DNA of 20,808 nucleotides from a virus: UHGV virus genome UHGV-0102213; one strand, 5' to 3'. Shown piece by piece: positions 20,783 to 20,808 of this stretch (position 1 is its first letter; each line of letters starts with the position of its first letter). The notes under the pieces were generated by a model. It saw only the letters and a program-made list of their open reading frames with translations, ran no database searches and was not told where the DNA came from. The position numbers and the translations under genes were made by a program.

Positions 20783-20808
20783 TTTTTCAAATGCGCCTAT
20801 AAGGCTCT

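Overview
The window is a contiguous late-region block of a lambda-like (lambdoid) prophage, almost certainly from an enterobacterial host, with every gene on the minus strand. Reading the minus strand from the high-coordinate end: a tR2-like terminator, a small hypothetical gene, a frameshifted Lar-like gene, then ninB, a Dam-like methyltransferase, ninE, ninF, ninG, ninH and ninI; a non-lambda Q antiterminator followed by a tR'-like terminator and a tRNA-like structured element; a lysis cassette (S21-type pinholin, a DUF1327-like ORF, a signal-anchored lysozyme, Rz with embedded Rz1); two small cargo genes; cos; then terminase Nu1/A, head genes W-B-C/Nu3-D-E-FI-FII and tail genes Z-U-V-G/T-H-M with the start of L. 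The morphogenesis genes and ninE-ninI match my memory of lambda proteins closely; Q, the lysis cassette and the ninC/ninD position are different modules, i.e. ordinary lambdoid mosaicism. I found no CRISPR array, no insertion sequence and no clear novel defence system. The points most worth a second look are the Lar-like gene broken at a G7 run, the 125-nt tRNA-like element in the late leader, a variant cosN core and the two-gene cargo module between Rz and cos. All homology statements are from recall and by-eye translation, not from searches. Hand-derived coordinates may be off by 1-2 nt; at one place (about 15960) my manual count disagreed with the ORF track by one base, and I trusted the track.
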